Shown piece by piece: positions 37,800 to 48,042 of a stretch of 64,000 nt of DNA. This DNA comes from Candidatus Parcubacteria bacterium. GTDB lineage: Bacteria > Patescibacteriota > Minisyncoccia > UBA6257 > HR35. The DNA lies in NCBI GenBank assembly GCA_025999335.1, contig AP024681.1:3414-67413 (forward strand), given 5' to 3'. A program made the position numbers and the translations under genes. The number at the start of each line of letters is the position of its first letter. Position 1 is the stretch's first letter. Under the pieces are notes generated by a model. That model saw only the letters and a list, made by a program, of their open reading frames with translations. It did no database searches and was not told the origin of the DNA.

Positions 37800-39245
37800 A
37801 TGATTGACATTTTTTCAATAAAAAAAGCTTATTTAGTTGGTATTAAAGGTGTAGGAATGACAGCTCTGGCGTCAATTTTGAAAAATTTAAAAATAGAAGT
37901 TGTTGGTTCAGACACAAACGAAAAATTTTTTACTGATGATGTTTTAAAAAAACATAAAATCAAATATTATGAAAATTTTAATAAAAATAATTTAATAAAA
38001 GAAATGCCTATCGATGTTGTTATTAGTTCCCTTGCCTATTTACCCCAAATGCATTATTTTCCTAAAACAACAAAGATTAATCAACAAAATATAAATCTAA
38101 AATCGCCGATACCCGAAATTAATTTAGCGACTAAATTAAATATTCCTATACTTACTTACCCACAAGCTTTAGCTAATATATTTAACCAATCTTTTGGTAT
38201 AGCTATTTGCGGATCTCACGGCAAAAGCTCAACAACAGCTATTTTAGGTCATATATTTAAAAAAGCAGGCCTAGCCCCCAATGTCGTTGTTGGCTCAGAA
38301 GTTATTGATTGGCAAAGCAACTCTTTAACAGATAAAAACTTAAAAAATAAAATAGCTTTTCTTCAAAAAAATAAACATAAAATTTCTGATCTTGATTTTA
38401 TAAGAAAAAACATAAAAAGACTTCCTTTATTTATTATTGAAGCAGACGAATACAAAGAATCTTTTCTTAATTATCATCCTAAAATTATTATTATTACCAA
38501 TATTGACTATGACCATCCTGACTACTTTAAAAATGCGGAAAAGTATAAATTAGCTTTTAAAAAATTTATAAAAAACGCAACACCACCGCATATAACCATT
38601 ACTCATCGTAACAAAAAAAAATTTATCAAAAATGATAAAATTAAAAATTTTCCCTTCCCTATTCCTGGTAAACATTTTCAAAAAAACTTACAACTTATTT
38701 ATGCTTTGATAAAAATTATTAAAATACCAATAAAAAATTTTATTAATAGCATAAAAAGTTATAGAGGCATAAAAAGACGATTTGAGATTGTAAAAAATTT
38801 TACTTATAAAAATAAAAAAATTATTTTTATTGATGACTATGCTCATCATCCAACTGAAGTATTAAGTTTTTATAAAAGTTTAACTGAAAAATATCCAGAT
38901 TATTTCAAGTATTTTGTTTTTCAACCACATACCTATTCACGTACTCATTATTTATTTGCATCTTTTAAAAAAACGTTTATAACAATTAAAAAAGATAGTT
39001 CAACAAAAGTAATATTATTTAAAACATTTCCCTCAGCAAGAGAACATAAAAATATATTGCAAATAAAAAAATTAGTCACAATTAATGATTTAGCCAAAAT
39101 AACGAATATTGATTATTTTGAATCATATTTACTATTAGCAAAATTTATCAAAAACGATATCTTAAAAAATAACCATAAAAAAATAATAATCAGCACTATA
39201 GGCGCTGGCAATATATATAATTTATTTAATAAAATTAAATTTTAA
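37800..39245 (+). CDS. murC: UDP-N-acetylmuramate--L-alanine ligase
   Basis: GIKGVGM, GSHGKSST, EADEY, DDYAHHPTE and FQPHTYSRT motifs. Confidence 0.92.
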   Translation: MIDIFSIKKAYLVGIKGVGMTALASILKNLKIEVVGSDTNEKFFTDDVLKKHKIKYYENFNKNNLIKEMPIDVVISSLAYLPQMHYFPKTTKINQQNINLKSPIPEINLATKLNIPILTYPQALANIFNQSFGIAICGSHGKSSTTAILGHIFKKAGLAPNVVVGSEVIDWQSNSLTDKNLKNKIAFLQKNKHKISDLDFIRKNIKRLPLFIIEADEYKESFLNYHPKIIIITNIDYDHPDYFKNAEKYKLAFKKFIKNATPPHITITHRNKKKFIKNDKIKNFPFPIPGKHFQKNLQLIYALIKIIKIPIKNFINSIKSYRGIKRRFEIVKNFTYKNKKIIFIDDYAHHPTEVLSFYKSLTEKYPDYFKYFVFQPHTYSRTHYLFASFKKTFITIKKDSSTKVILFKTFPSAREHKNILQIKKLVTINDLAKITNIDYFESYLLLAKFIKNDILKNNHKKIIISTIGAGNIYNLFNKIKF

Positions 39246-39309
39246 TAAATTAGTCAAAATTTATGTTATAATAAATTTAATAAACCAATAATAAAATAAT
39301 ATTAATAAA

Positions 39310-39699
39310 ATGGACTTTGGCAAAGGAGAAAATCAATTTATTCAAAGATTAAATAACTTACAAAGAGATAACAAAGAACCGTCTCCAACTAAAGAACAGA
39401 TTAACATAGATAAAAATAATTTACGTGAAAAAATAAATCATACTCTAGAAAAAATCAAAGAAGAACTAGGGATAATGCCCGAAATATCAAGAGAAGCTAA
39501 ATTTCATCAAGATCAAAAACAAATTATTGAACAATATAAAGATGTTCTAGCTGAAGCTATCAATGCATCTTTAAACGAAGATTTATTAAAAGGTTTCCAA
39601 ATGATTAAAAATATGAAAAATCCTTTTTTATTAGATGCTTTCCATGCTATGATGGCTGATCATTTTTATAAATTATTAGATAGACAAAATGAACAGTAG
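39310..39699 (+). CDS. Hypothetical protein
   Basis: 129-aa ORF overlapping the downstream ATPase start; NPFLLDAFH motif. Confidence 0.6.
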   Translation: MDFGKGENQFIQRLNNLQRDNKEPSPTKEQINIDKNNLREKINHTLEKIKEELGIMPEISREAKFHQDQKQIIEQYKDVLAEAINASLNEDLLKGFQMIKNMKNPFLLDAFHAMMADHFYKLLDRQNEQ

Positions 39700-42151
39700 C
39701 TATTTTTATATTATATTATCTATTGCTACTATCATTAGCTTTATTCTTATTATATTTACTGTCTTACATTTAAAAAAATATCGTCAAAAAGTACAATTAA
39801 AATTAGCTTTTAGTTATGTCTTACTCCTTATAGAATTACCTAAAAGCATAATTTTAGCACAACAACAAAGCAGCAACCCTGACCCACGATTAAGAATAAT
39901 TGAAGAAATTACTACTTTTGAAAATTTTTTATCTCATTTTAGTAAAATTAAAAATCCCATTGTTTTTGAAATTGCAACTCCTCACTATGGAGAAGAAATT
40001 TTTTTCTATGCGGCGATGCATAGAAAAGATGTTGATTATTTTAATAAAGTTTTAAAAGGAGCTTACCCCGGAGCTGAAACAAAAATTATTGAAACTGACT
40101 ACAATATTTTTAATCCTAATGGAGTTAGTTTGCTATCTATCGTAACTCAAAAAAATCATCATTTTTTACCAATTAGAACATATAAAAGTATTGCTCTTGG
40201 AAATATTGATCCCTTTGACGCTTTCCTTTCGGCTTTTTCAAAATTAGACAAAGAAGGCGAAGGTTTAGCTTATCAACTTATCATAAAACCGGCACCTCAA
40301 AAAATTCATAAAAAAATTTTTCAAGTTATTAAAAAGTTAAGAGAAGGAGAAAATTTAGAAGAAGCCTTAAAAATTCATTTCTTTTATAACATAATTTCTC
40401 TTTTCCAAAATATATTTAAAGAATTTTTCGTTAGCGAGAAAAAAAAGGAAGAGGAAAAACAAGAAAAAACAAAACCAAAACCAGCTGAAGAAACTGCTAT
40501 AAAACAACTAGAAGAAAAAAATGCTAAAAGTTTATTTCATGTCAATGTTCGATTAGTATGTTCTACCTACAATCACCAAACAGCAAATAATATCTTAACG
40601 GCTTTAGAAGGACCGTTTAATCAATTTGTCAATCCTGGATTCAATGAGTTTCTTATTCAACGTAAGCACAAAAACAAACTTTTAAAAAGTATTTATGATT
40701 TTTCTTTTAGAATCTTTCAAAAAAAAGAAACGATGCTTTTAAATACTGAAGAGATTGCTTCTATTTTTCACTTCCCTATTTCTTATACTAAAAATCCGTT
40801 AATACATTGGCTATTACTAAGATCAGCGCCACCTCCTATTAATTTACCAACAGAAGGAGTCATTTTAGGCGTAAACAACTATCAAGGGAATGAATCATTG
40901 ATTAGAATTACTAAAAATGACCGACGAAGACATATCTATGTTATCGGTCAAACAGGTACTGGTAAAACAACTTTGCTCAAAAATATTATTGAACAGGATA
41001 TTAGTAACGGCGATGGTGTTTGTTTTTTAGATCCTCACGGTGATGTAGCTGAAGAAATTTTAGGCTTAATTCCTCCTGATAAAGCTGAAAATGTGATTTA
41101 TTTTAATCCTGGCGACACTCGTAAACCTTTAGGGTTAAATATTCTTGAATATAATCCTCAAAATCCTGAAGATAAAACTTTTATTATTAATACCTTAATT
41201 GAAATTATTGATAAGTTATATAATTTACAAGTTACTGGAGGTCCGATGTTCGAACAATATTTAAGAAATGCTTTATTATTAATAATGGATAATCCAGAAT
41301 GGGGACATACTTTATTAGATGTCTCTCGAGTTTTTGTTGACGATGATTTTCGTGATAGATTACTCAATGAATGTAAAAACTATCCAGTAATAGAATTTTG
41401 GCGCAAACAAGCAGAGAGAATTACTTCAGGAGATTTCTCGTTAGAAAATATGACAACTTGGATAACCTCTAAACTTAATCCTTTCATAACCAATGACTTT
41501 GTTAGACCAATAATCGCTCAATCTAAATCATCTCTTAATTTTAGAGAAATTATGGATAATCAAAAAATTTTAATAGTTAATCTAGCTAAAGGAAAATTAG
41601 GTGAAACAAGTGCTTATTTATTAGGAATGGTGCTAGTTACTAAAATATTATTAGCTGCTTTGTCAAGAATCGACACGCCTGAACAACAACGAAAAGATTT
41701 CTATCTTTTTATCGACGAGTTTCAAAATTTTGCTTTTAAAAGTGTTAGTACAATTTTATCCGAAGCACGTAAATATAGACTTTCATTAACTTTAGCCCAT
41801 CAGTTTATTAAACAAGTGCCTGAAGAAATTATTGCGGCAGTTATAGGTAATGTAGGTACTATTATTTCTTTTCGTATAGGTGTTGAAGATGCTGAACTTT
41901 TAGAAAGACAATTCTCGCCTGTATTTAGTAAAGCTGATCTTGTGAATATACCTAATTATAATGCTTATATTAAATATCTTATTAACGGAGTTGTTACCAG
42001 TGCTTTTAATATTCAAACCTTAAAACCAAAACCTGAAAACAAAAAATTAAGCGCAATGATAATGGAGATGTCTATGTTAAAATATGGTAAACCCCGCGAA
42101 CTTATTGAAGAAGAAATAGCTAAAAAGTATCAAAACGATTTTGACTTTTAA
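39689..42151 (+). CDS. Membrane-anchored TraG/VirD4/HerA-like (DUF87) ATPase
   Basis: DRRRHIYVIGQTGTGKT, DPHGD, IDEFQNF and SEARKYRL motifs. Confidence 0.88.
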   Translation: MNSSYFYIILSIATIISFILIIFTVLHLKKYRQKVQLKLAFSYVLLLIELPKSIILAQQQSSNPDPRLRIIEEITTFENFLSHFSKIKNPIVFEIATPHYGEEIFFYAAMHRKDVDYFNKVLKGAYPGAETKIIETDYNIFNPNGVSLLSIVTQKNHHFLPIRTYKSIALGNIDPFDAFLSAFSKLDKEGEGLAYQLIIKPAPQKIHKKIFQVIKKLREGENLEEALKIHFFYNIISLFQNIFKEFFVSEKKKEEEKQEKTKPKPAEETAIKQLEEKNAKSLFHVNVRLVCSTYNHQTANNILTALEGPFNQFVNPGFNEFLIQRKHKNKLLKSIYDFSFRIFQKKETMLLNTEEIASIFHFPISYTKNPLIHWLLLRSAPPPINLPTEGVILGVNNYQGNESLIRITKNDRRRHIYVIGQTGTGKTTLLKNIIEQDISNGDGVCFLDPHGDVAEEILGLIPPDKAENVIYFNPGDTRKPLGLNILEYNPQNPEDKTFIINTLIEIIDKLYNLQVTGGPMFEQYLRNALLLIMDNPEWGHTLLDVSRVFVDDDFRDRLLNECKNYPVIEFWRKQAERITSGDFSLENMTTWITSKLNPFITNDFVRPIIAQSKSSLNFREIMDNQKILIVNLAKGKLGETSAYLLGMVLVTKILLAALSRIDTPEQQRKDFYLFIDEFQNFAFKSVSTILSEARKYRLSLTLAHQFIKQVPEEIIAAVIGNVGTIISFRIGVEDAELLERQFSPVFSKADLVNIPNYNAYIKYLINGVVTSAFNIQTLKPKPENKKLSAMIMEMSMLKYGKPRELIEEEIAKKYQNDFDF

Positions 42152-42270
42152 CAACTAAAATTATTAATATATAAATACAACAAAATGCTAAAACCATCGC
42201 TAAATTTATCAAAAGAAGAAGTTATTTCTAGTAAAACTATTAATAAAGAAAAAGAAATAACTTAAAAAAT

Positions 42271-43269
42271 ATGTCAATCTCTGATATTTTAATTATTTTA
42301 GGATTTGTTAGTGTTTTTTATTTTCTTTTTTATCTTAAAAGAACCCTTGATAAACTTCAAGAACCGTCTGAGGGTAAATTTTTAGACTTACAAAATAAAC
42401 TTTATGAGAGTTTCAATCTTCTAAAACAAGAAGTTTTTCATCACTTTCAAAACTTTAATCAAACAACTCTAGAAAAACAAGAAAAGATCGTCTCGTCAAC
42501 TTCAAAAATTGAAGAAATAGTTAGAAATTTAGAATCGACAACTACTGAAATGAGATCTTTAAAAGAAATTTTTGTTGGACCAAAAACAAGAGGTTATTTA
42601 GGCGAAACAATGTTAAAAGAAATAATCAAAACTTTACCAAGTTCTTACTATGAAGAACAATACCAACTTGGTTATGATCGCGTTGATTATGTCTTAAAAT
42701 TAAATGGTGTTTTAATACCTATAGATGCTAAATTTCCTGTGCAAAATTTTAAAGATATCTTTGCAACTGAAGAAAAAAATAAACAAACCTTAAAAAGAGA
42801 TTTAATAAAAAATCTAAAAAATAAAATTGAAGATGTTTCTAGAAAATATATTTTGCCATCTAAAGGGACAATAGAATTTGCTTTAATCTATTTAGCCAAT
42901 GAAGCAATTTATTATGAACTTTTATCTGATAAAGATTTCGATGAAGTTTGGGAATTTGCTCGAGAAAAATCTGTTTTTTTAACTTCGCCTAAAAACTTTG
43001 AACTTATCTGTTCTTCCCTGCTCTTAGTTATTCGTAAACAAGAATTTAGTCAAAATATCCACCAAATTTTAGCTAATCTTCATCAATTAGAAAAAGATTT
43101 ACTAGAAATGAGCGAATTTTTTGGAAAAGCTTATAATCAATTAAGAAATAGTTTTGCTAATTTTCAAGAATTTGAAAAAATTTTAAATAGATTTATTCTA
43201 AATTTCAGAAGTTTAATAAAAAATGAAGAAAAATTAGAAGAAAAAATCAAAGAAAAATCGTTAATTTAA
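42271..43269 (+). CDS. rmuC: DNA recombination protein RmuC
   Basis: PKTRGYLGE, VD...IPIDAKFP and KYILP motifs. Confidence 0.88.
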   Translation: MSISDILIILGFVSVFYFLFYLKRTLDKLQEPSEGKFLDLQNKLYESFNLLKQEVFHHFQNFNQTTLEKQEKIVSSTSKIEEIVRNLESTTTEMRSLKEIFVGPKTRGYLGETMLKEIIKTLPSSYYEEQYQLGYDRVDYVLKLNGVLIPIDAKFPVQNFKDIFATEEKNKQTLKRDLIKNLKNKIEDVSRKYILPSKGTIEFALIYLANEAIYYELLSDKDFDEVWEFAREKSVFLTSPKNFELICSSLLLVIRKQEFSQNIHQILANLHQLEKDLLEMSEFFGKAYNQLRNSFANFQEFEKILNRFILNFRSLIKNEEKLEEKIKEKSLI

Positions 43270-43507
43270 AATGAATTACTATAAAATTTTTATCAAAAAC
43301 TTATTATAAACCATAAAATTATTTAAACGATAATGCTAAATAATAGCGATGTTCATTATCGTGAAGTTAAATTTTGGTTTGATAAAAAATTGATTACATC
43401 TTTATTAAAAGAAAAAATTAAACCTTTAAAATATTTTAATGATAAAATATTATTATATGGTCTCTCTATTAATAAAATTAAAAGAGGTCGTTAATTTTAA
43501 TATAACA

Positions 43508-43595
43508 ATCGCGGATTTAGACACATATAGCTAAATAAAAATCAAAAATAAACAATACGCGTGAATCTGTGTAAGAAATCAGTGCCAATCCGCAT
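43508..43595 (+). repeat. Degenerate intergenic copy of the periodic palindromic element
   Basis: CGCGGAT on the left; ATACGCG, ATCTGTG, ATCAGTG, ATCCGCA at 43555/43565/43578/43588 on the right. Confidence 0.6.
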
Positions 43596-43604
43596 TTAAA
43601 AAAA

Positions 43605-44618
43605 ATGAGAATCGCCATCAATGGTTTTGGAAGAATAGGAAGAATATTTTTTAGAATTGCCTTTGGTCAACCTAATATTGATATCGTCGCTATTAATGAT
43701 TTATCTGATACTCAAAATTTAGCTTATTTATTAAAATATGACACTGTTTACGGTCGTTACCATAAAAATGTTGAAGTAAGAAATGATAAACTCATTGTTG
43801 ATGGTAAAGAAATTTTAGTTTTTAAAGAAACTGATCCTACAAAATTGCCTTGGAAAGATTTAAATATTGATGTTATTGTTGAATCAACTGGGGTTTTTAC
43901 TGAATTTGAAAAAGCTAAAGCCCATCTAAACGCTGGAGCTAAAAGAGTTGTTATCACCGCACCAGCAAAAGATGATCTTACTCCTCATTTTACTCCCGGA
44001 CTTGAAGATTTAGGTAAAATTTATTCTTTAGGTGAACAAGGTTTAATTACTTCAAATGCTTCTTGCACAACTAATTCTGTTAATCCAGTAATCGCTATTT
44101 TAAACGAAACTCTTGGAATTAAAAAAGCAATTTTGACAACCATTCATGCCTACACTAATACTCAATCAATAGTTGATAGCGTTGTTAAAGGTCATGATTT
44201 CCGTCGTGGTCGCGCTGGCGCCCAAAATATTATTCCTTCAACAACTGGCGCGGCTGAAGCAACGGCAAAGGTAATTCCAGAAATAAAAGGAAAGTTTGAT
44301 GGTATTTCAATTAGAGTACCGGTAGTCACTGTTTCTCTTTCAGATATTACTTTAATTACTCAGAAACCTACAACAGTTGAAGAAGTAAATAATATTTTTA
44401 GAAATGCAGTCACTAATGAAAAATGGCAAGGCGTCATAAAGATTGTAGAAGATCAAATTGTTTCTTCAGATATTATTGGCGAACCTTACGGAGCAGTTAT
44501 TGATTTAACCCTAACTAAAGTTGTTGACGGTGATTTAGTCAAAGTTTTTTCTTGGTATGATAATGAATGGGGTTATTGTGCGATGCTTCTAAAACATATA
44601 GAAAAACTATCTTCTTAA
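43605..44618 (+). CDS. gap: Type I glyceraldehyde-3-phosphate dehydrogenase
   Basis: INGFGRIGR, SNASCTTN and WYDNEWGY motifs. Confidence 0.97.
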   Translation: MRIAINGFGRIGRIFFRIAFGQPNIDIVAINDLSDTQNLAYLLKYDTVYGRYHKNVEVRNDKLIVDGKEILVFKETDPTKLPWKDLNIDVIVESTGVFTEFEKAKAHLNAGAKRVVITAPAKDDLTPHFTPGLEDLGKIYSLGEQGLITSNASCTTNSVNPVIAILNETLGIKKAILTTIHAYTNTQSIVDSVVKGHDFRRGRAGAQNIIPSTTGAAEATAKVIPEIKGKFDGISIRVPVVTVSLSDITLITQKPTTVEEVNNIFRNAVTNEKWQGVIKIVEDQIVSSDIIGEPYGAVIDLTLTKVVDGDLVKVFSWYDNEWGYCAMLLKHIEKLSS

Positions 44619-45381
44619 ACTTATTTAGCAAAATAAAATGTTTCTACTATTTGGAATAAAATTCTATCTTTAAATTCTATAAATTCTTCAAATGATTTTT
44701 TATTCTTTTTCTCTAAACCTACTAGATCCAAGCTGATATTAAAAATTAATACATAGTTTTTCTCAAAATTAGCTATAACATTAAAACCAAGAAAAGAATA
44801 ATAACCAACATCTACCATTGTAAATAAATAAATATCATCTTCAATCTTTATCACTCTTACCTCCCCAAGGAAAGATTATTTCATCAGAATATTTATCTAT
44901 AAAACTAAAGGTTTCTTTGCCAAAATAAATTTTTTCAGAAAGTCCCTACCAAACAAATTTTTTAAGATTACTTACAACTTTAATTATAGCTAACAATTGA
45001 TTTTTAGTTCTTATTCCCACCTTAAAACATCTTTAAGATTGTCTTTCGCCTATTTGATAATATTTACAATCTTGTAATTATTTTATATTTAACAATAAAG
45101 ATAAATTATTATTTACTGATGAAGTATAAAAAAATCAATAACCAAAGTTTTTTGTTTAGTCTTAGTAATACAAGAATAGCCTTTTTTACATTCTCAACAT
45201 ATATTGCCTATCTTTAACAAATTTTCAAGACAATAAAGGAAATTAGAATTCAAATTAAAATTTTTATCAAAATTATTTAATCTCAATACTGAATTTTTCG
45301 TTTAATTTTAATTATTAATACAACAAATAGCTAAATCACCTAAATTAAATATTTACTATTTTTATCGTACAAAGTTGATAT

Positions 45382-45840
45382 TTATTTAGTTACGCAAATT
45401 GTGCTTTTTAATTCACCATTAGCACAAATTGTTGTTTGCATTGAAGAAGATGAATATGTTAAAGTATATCTCGTTTGTGTAGCGTTAGCATCTGTTTCTG
45501 AAGGATCGACAGGTATTTTAGGAAGAAAATTTGGTGTCAAACAATCAAGATTTATTGTTGAAGTTGAAGTTTCGGTAGCATTACGAATAATAGTAACAGT
45601 TACAACTGGCAAGCTAGTAGAATAATTAACGCTTGATGGACAATTCCAAGTTTGTTTATCGATGATAAGCTGAGATATAGCGCTAGCTATAGATTGAACA
45701 TCATTTGTTCTTTGAGTGTCACGCGTTTTCGCTAATTGACGACCTGGATTAATAGCTACAATTAACGCTCCAGCTAAAATAGCTATAATACCTATAACCA
45801 ATAGAATTTCTATAAGCGTAAAACCTGATTTTTTTTGCAT
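45382..45840 (-). CDS. Type IV pilin (major pilin-like)
   Basis: KSGFTLIEILLVIGII prepilin motif. Confidence 0.9.
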   Translation of the reverse strand: MQKKSGFTLIEILLVIGIIAILAGALIVAINPGRQLAKTRDTQRTNDVQSIASAISQLIIDKQTWNCPSSVNYSTSLPVVTVTIIRNATETSTSTINLDCLTPNFLPKIPVDPSETDANATQTRYTLTYSSSSMQTTICANGELKSTICVTK

Positions 45841-45945
45841 TTTATAATGGTTAATAGCAAAATTACGACTTATTTATTATAACTATATTATATTTTAATT
45901 ATATCAAAAAATTTAAAAAATAACAATAAGCAATGTGGAATATTT

Positions 45946-47442
45946 TTATTCCCTTTCCCATTTTAAAATCTGATAAAAATCAGTTGATAACGGAAAATAT
46001 GGCGGTGGAGCGTATAATAAATTATTATCATAAATAATATCGCGTAAATTATATCCTGAAATAGTATTTCCTTGGCTATCACTCCAGGTAAATCCATACC
46101 TTAAACGAGTTGACAAAGTACCAAACAAAGTTATTTTATTTCTTAAATATTCGCTTCCACAGGATGATGAATAGTATTGCCTTCCTATTCTACCATTTTT
46201 AGCTATTAAAGCTGCGTCAATTCTTAAAGTGTTTGTGCTTTTTAACCCAACATAGATATTTTTTTGCGCTAATAAACCAATAACATCTCTATTGTCATAA
46301 TAAGTATATAGCAAGTTATCGTTAATAATAATATTGGTCATCGAATTTGGATCTTCAGGAAATCTTGCTGAACCTATAACTAATCGTTTATTTTGAATTT
46401 TACCTCTTATCCATAAATTATCTTCAATAAAAATAACACTGTTTGTTGGGTAATTAAATGTGCCTAAAAATTGTCTGTTAGCAATACTCCAAGTGCTTTG
46501 ATTATAGCGCGTATTAACACTTGAACAAGCAGGATTAAAAACAACAGAATCGCACATTTGACAACCAGAAGGAGGATTTGTTAATGAATTTACTCTATAT
46601 AAATCGAAATTATTTTCTTTTAAAACAATTTCATAACCAAAGTAATTATTTCCTGAAAAACCTCTATAAAAACCATTTTGTTGGGCTAATGTTTTTAAAT
46701 CAGCTAAATTAGCGCTAATGCCATTAAAATTAACTCCTGGAACTCCAACTAATCTCCCAGCTTTAAAAACATCATCTCTTTGAGGAATATTTTGAGGATC
46801 AGGATTGCTGCCAGGACAAGGATCTTGCGGAGAAAGATGAGTATGCACAGCCCATTCATAACAACCAGTATGATCCGGATCGTCATAAGTAATTAAAGAA
46901 CTTTTTATCGTGTTAAAAGCTATACCGTCAAATCTAATACCTCTATTTGAATGAATTTCTCCATAAACAATAGTACCGCTACCAAATCTAATATTATCAT
47001 CAACTAAAACTGAATATTTAGTAAACGAAGGTTTGCCCAATGTCATTTTTAAGGTTTTTTGATTTTGAAAAATAGATTTTAATTTTGCGGTTGTTTTTAA
47101 ATTAACTATATTAATTCCCTGTTGCGGAGTTTGTATTTCAAGAATATAACTACCAATTTCTTCACCTAAACGATTATAAAATTTATATGAATAAGGACCA
47201 GATGTGGCTGTGCCATTAGTAAAATCATTGCTATAATGATTTAAATACCATCTTGCTTGCTCTAAACCACTTTCAGCAATATTAAAAATCTTTATATTGT
47301 CTCTATCACGATAGGTTGAATTAACATAAACAGTTAAAAAACCAGACAAAGCACTAAACGAAGCTACACCTATTAAAATATAAAACAAAACATAAATTAT
47401 TATTTGACCTTTTTTATTTTTAAATTTATCCTTAAAAGACAT
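45946..47442 (-). CDS. PilX-like minor pilin/adhesin
   Basis: KKGQIIIY prepilin-like N-terminus; NIAESGLE motif. Confidence 0.75.
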   Translation of the reverse strand: MSFKDKFKNKKGQIIIYVLFYILIGVASFSALSGFLTVYVNSTYRDRDNIKIFNIAESGLEQARWYLNHYSNDFTNGTATSGPYSYKFYNRLGEEIGSYILEIQTPQQGINIVNLKTTAKLKSIFQNQKTLKMTLGKPSFTKYSVLVDDNIRFGSGTIVYGEIHSNRGIRFDGIAFNTIKSSLITYDDPDHTGCYEWAVHTHLSPQDPCPGSNPDPQNIPQRDDVFKAGRLVGVPGVNFNGISANLADLKTLAQQNGFYRGFSGNNYFGYEIVLKENNFDLYRVNSLTNPPSGCQMCDSVVFNPACSSVNTRYNQSTWSIANRQFLGTFNYPTNSVIFIEDNLWIRGKIQNKRLVIGSARFPEDPNSMTNIIINDNLLYTYYDNRDVIGLLAQKNIYVGLKSTNTLRIDAALIAKNGRIGRQYYSSSCGSEYLRNKITLFGTLSTRLRYGFTWSDSQGNTISGYNLRDIIYDNNLLYAPPPYFPLSTDFYQILKWERE

Positions 47443-47451
47443 AATTAATTT

Positions 47452-48033
47452 TTAAGGAGTGGTGATTAAATTACGTGGCGCAATAATAACAGAATTTTCT
47501 GTAATGTTTGCATTTTTATTTTCTTTAATATAAATAGTGAATTTTATTAATCTTATCGACGTTATCTTGTTGGTTGATTGCAAATTAGAATCATAATATT
47601 GAAATAATGGCTCTGTGCCCGATGCTAATTGATCAACTAAAACATTTCTTATCTCGCTACTGGTTGGATATATGTATAATCCACTACCCGTGGCTATTGG
47701 TTTAATAATACCTTTTTGTAAACTGCTACTTGCTTTAAAATATCTTACTCGTTCAATTAAACTATCATTATCTATATTAGTATAAAAAGCCAATTCATTA
47801 GATGTTGCTATATCTAAAGGATAAGAACCATTGCTTGATTGAATAGCAGACTTTAATTCTTTGTCAATACTTTGCAATAAAAGATTTACTTGATTATCTA
47901 AAGACAGACTTTGCGAAAAGTAAACATTAAAATTTGAAAAATTGAAAATAATCAAGGCGAGATTAAAGATAATAAATGCTAATAAGGTTATCACTAAAAC
48001 TGTTTCAATTAAAGTAAAACCTTGCTTATTCAT
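47452..48033 (-). CDS. Type IV minor pilin (PilW-like)
   Basis: QGFTLIE prepilin motif. Confidence 0.8.
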   Translation of the reverse strand: MNKQGFTLIETVLVITLLAFIIFNLALIIFNFSNFNVYFSQSLSLDNQVNLLLQSIDKELKSAIQSSNGSYPLDIATSNELAFYTNIDNDSLIERVRYFKASSSLQKGIIKPIATGSGLYIYPTSSEIRNVLVDQLASGTEPLFQYYDSNLQSTNKITSIRLIKFTIYIKENKNANITENSVIIAPRNLITTP

Positions 48034-48042
48034 TACTCATTA

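Noticed and set aside
38030-38430. Apparent extra segments in MurC
   Set aside because: AT-rich, with no periodic CGAA/CGCAGA units or inverted repeats, so not assigned to the element family.
43270-43495. Short ORF fragments between rmuC and gap
   Set aside because: Under 60 codons, interrupted, and with no recognisable family signature.
44621-45380. 77-aa minus-strand ORF and a long AT-rich gap, possibly a decayed gene
   Set aside because: Only a vague resemblance to nucleotidyltransferase C-termini, with no intact motif to support a call.
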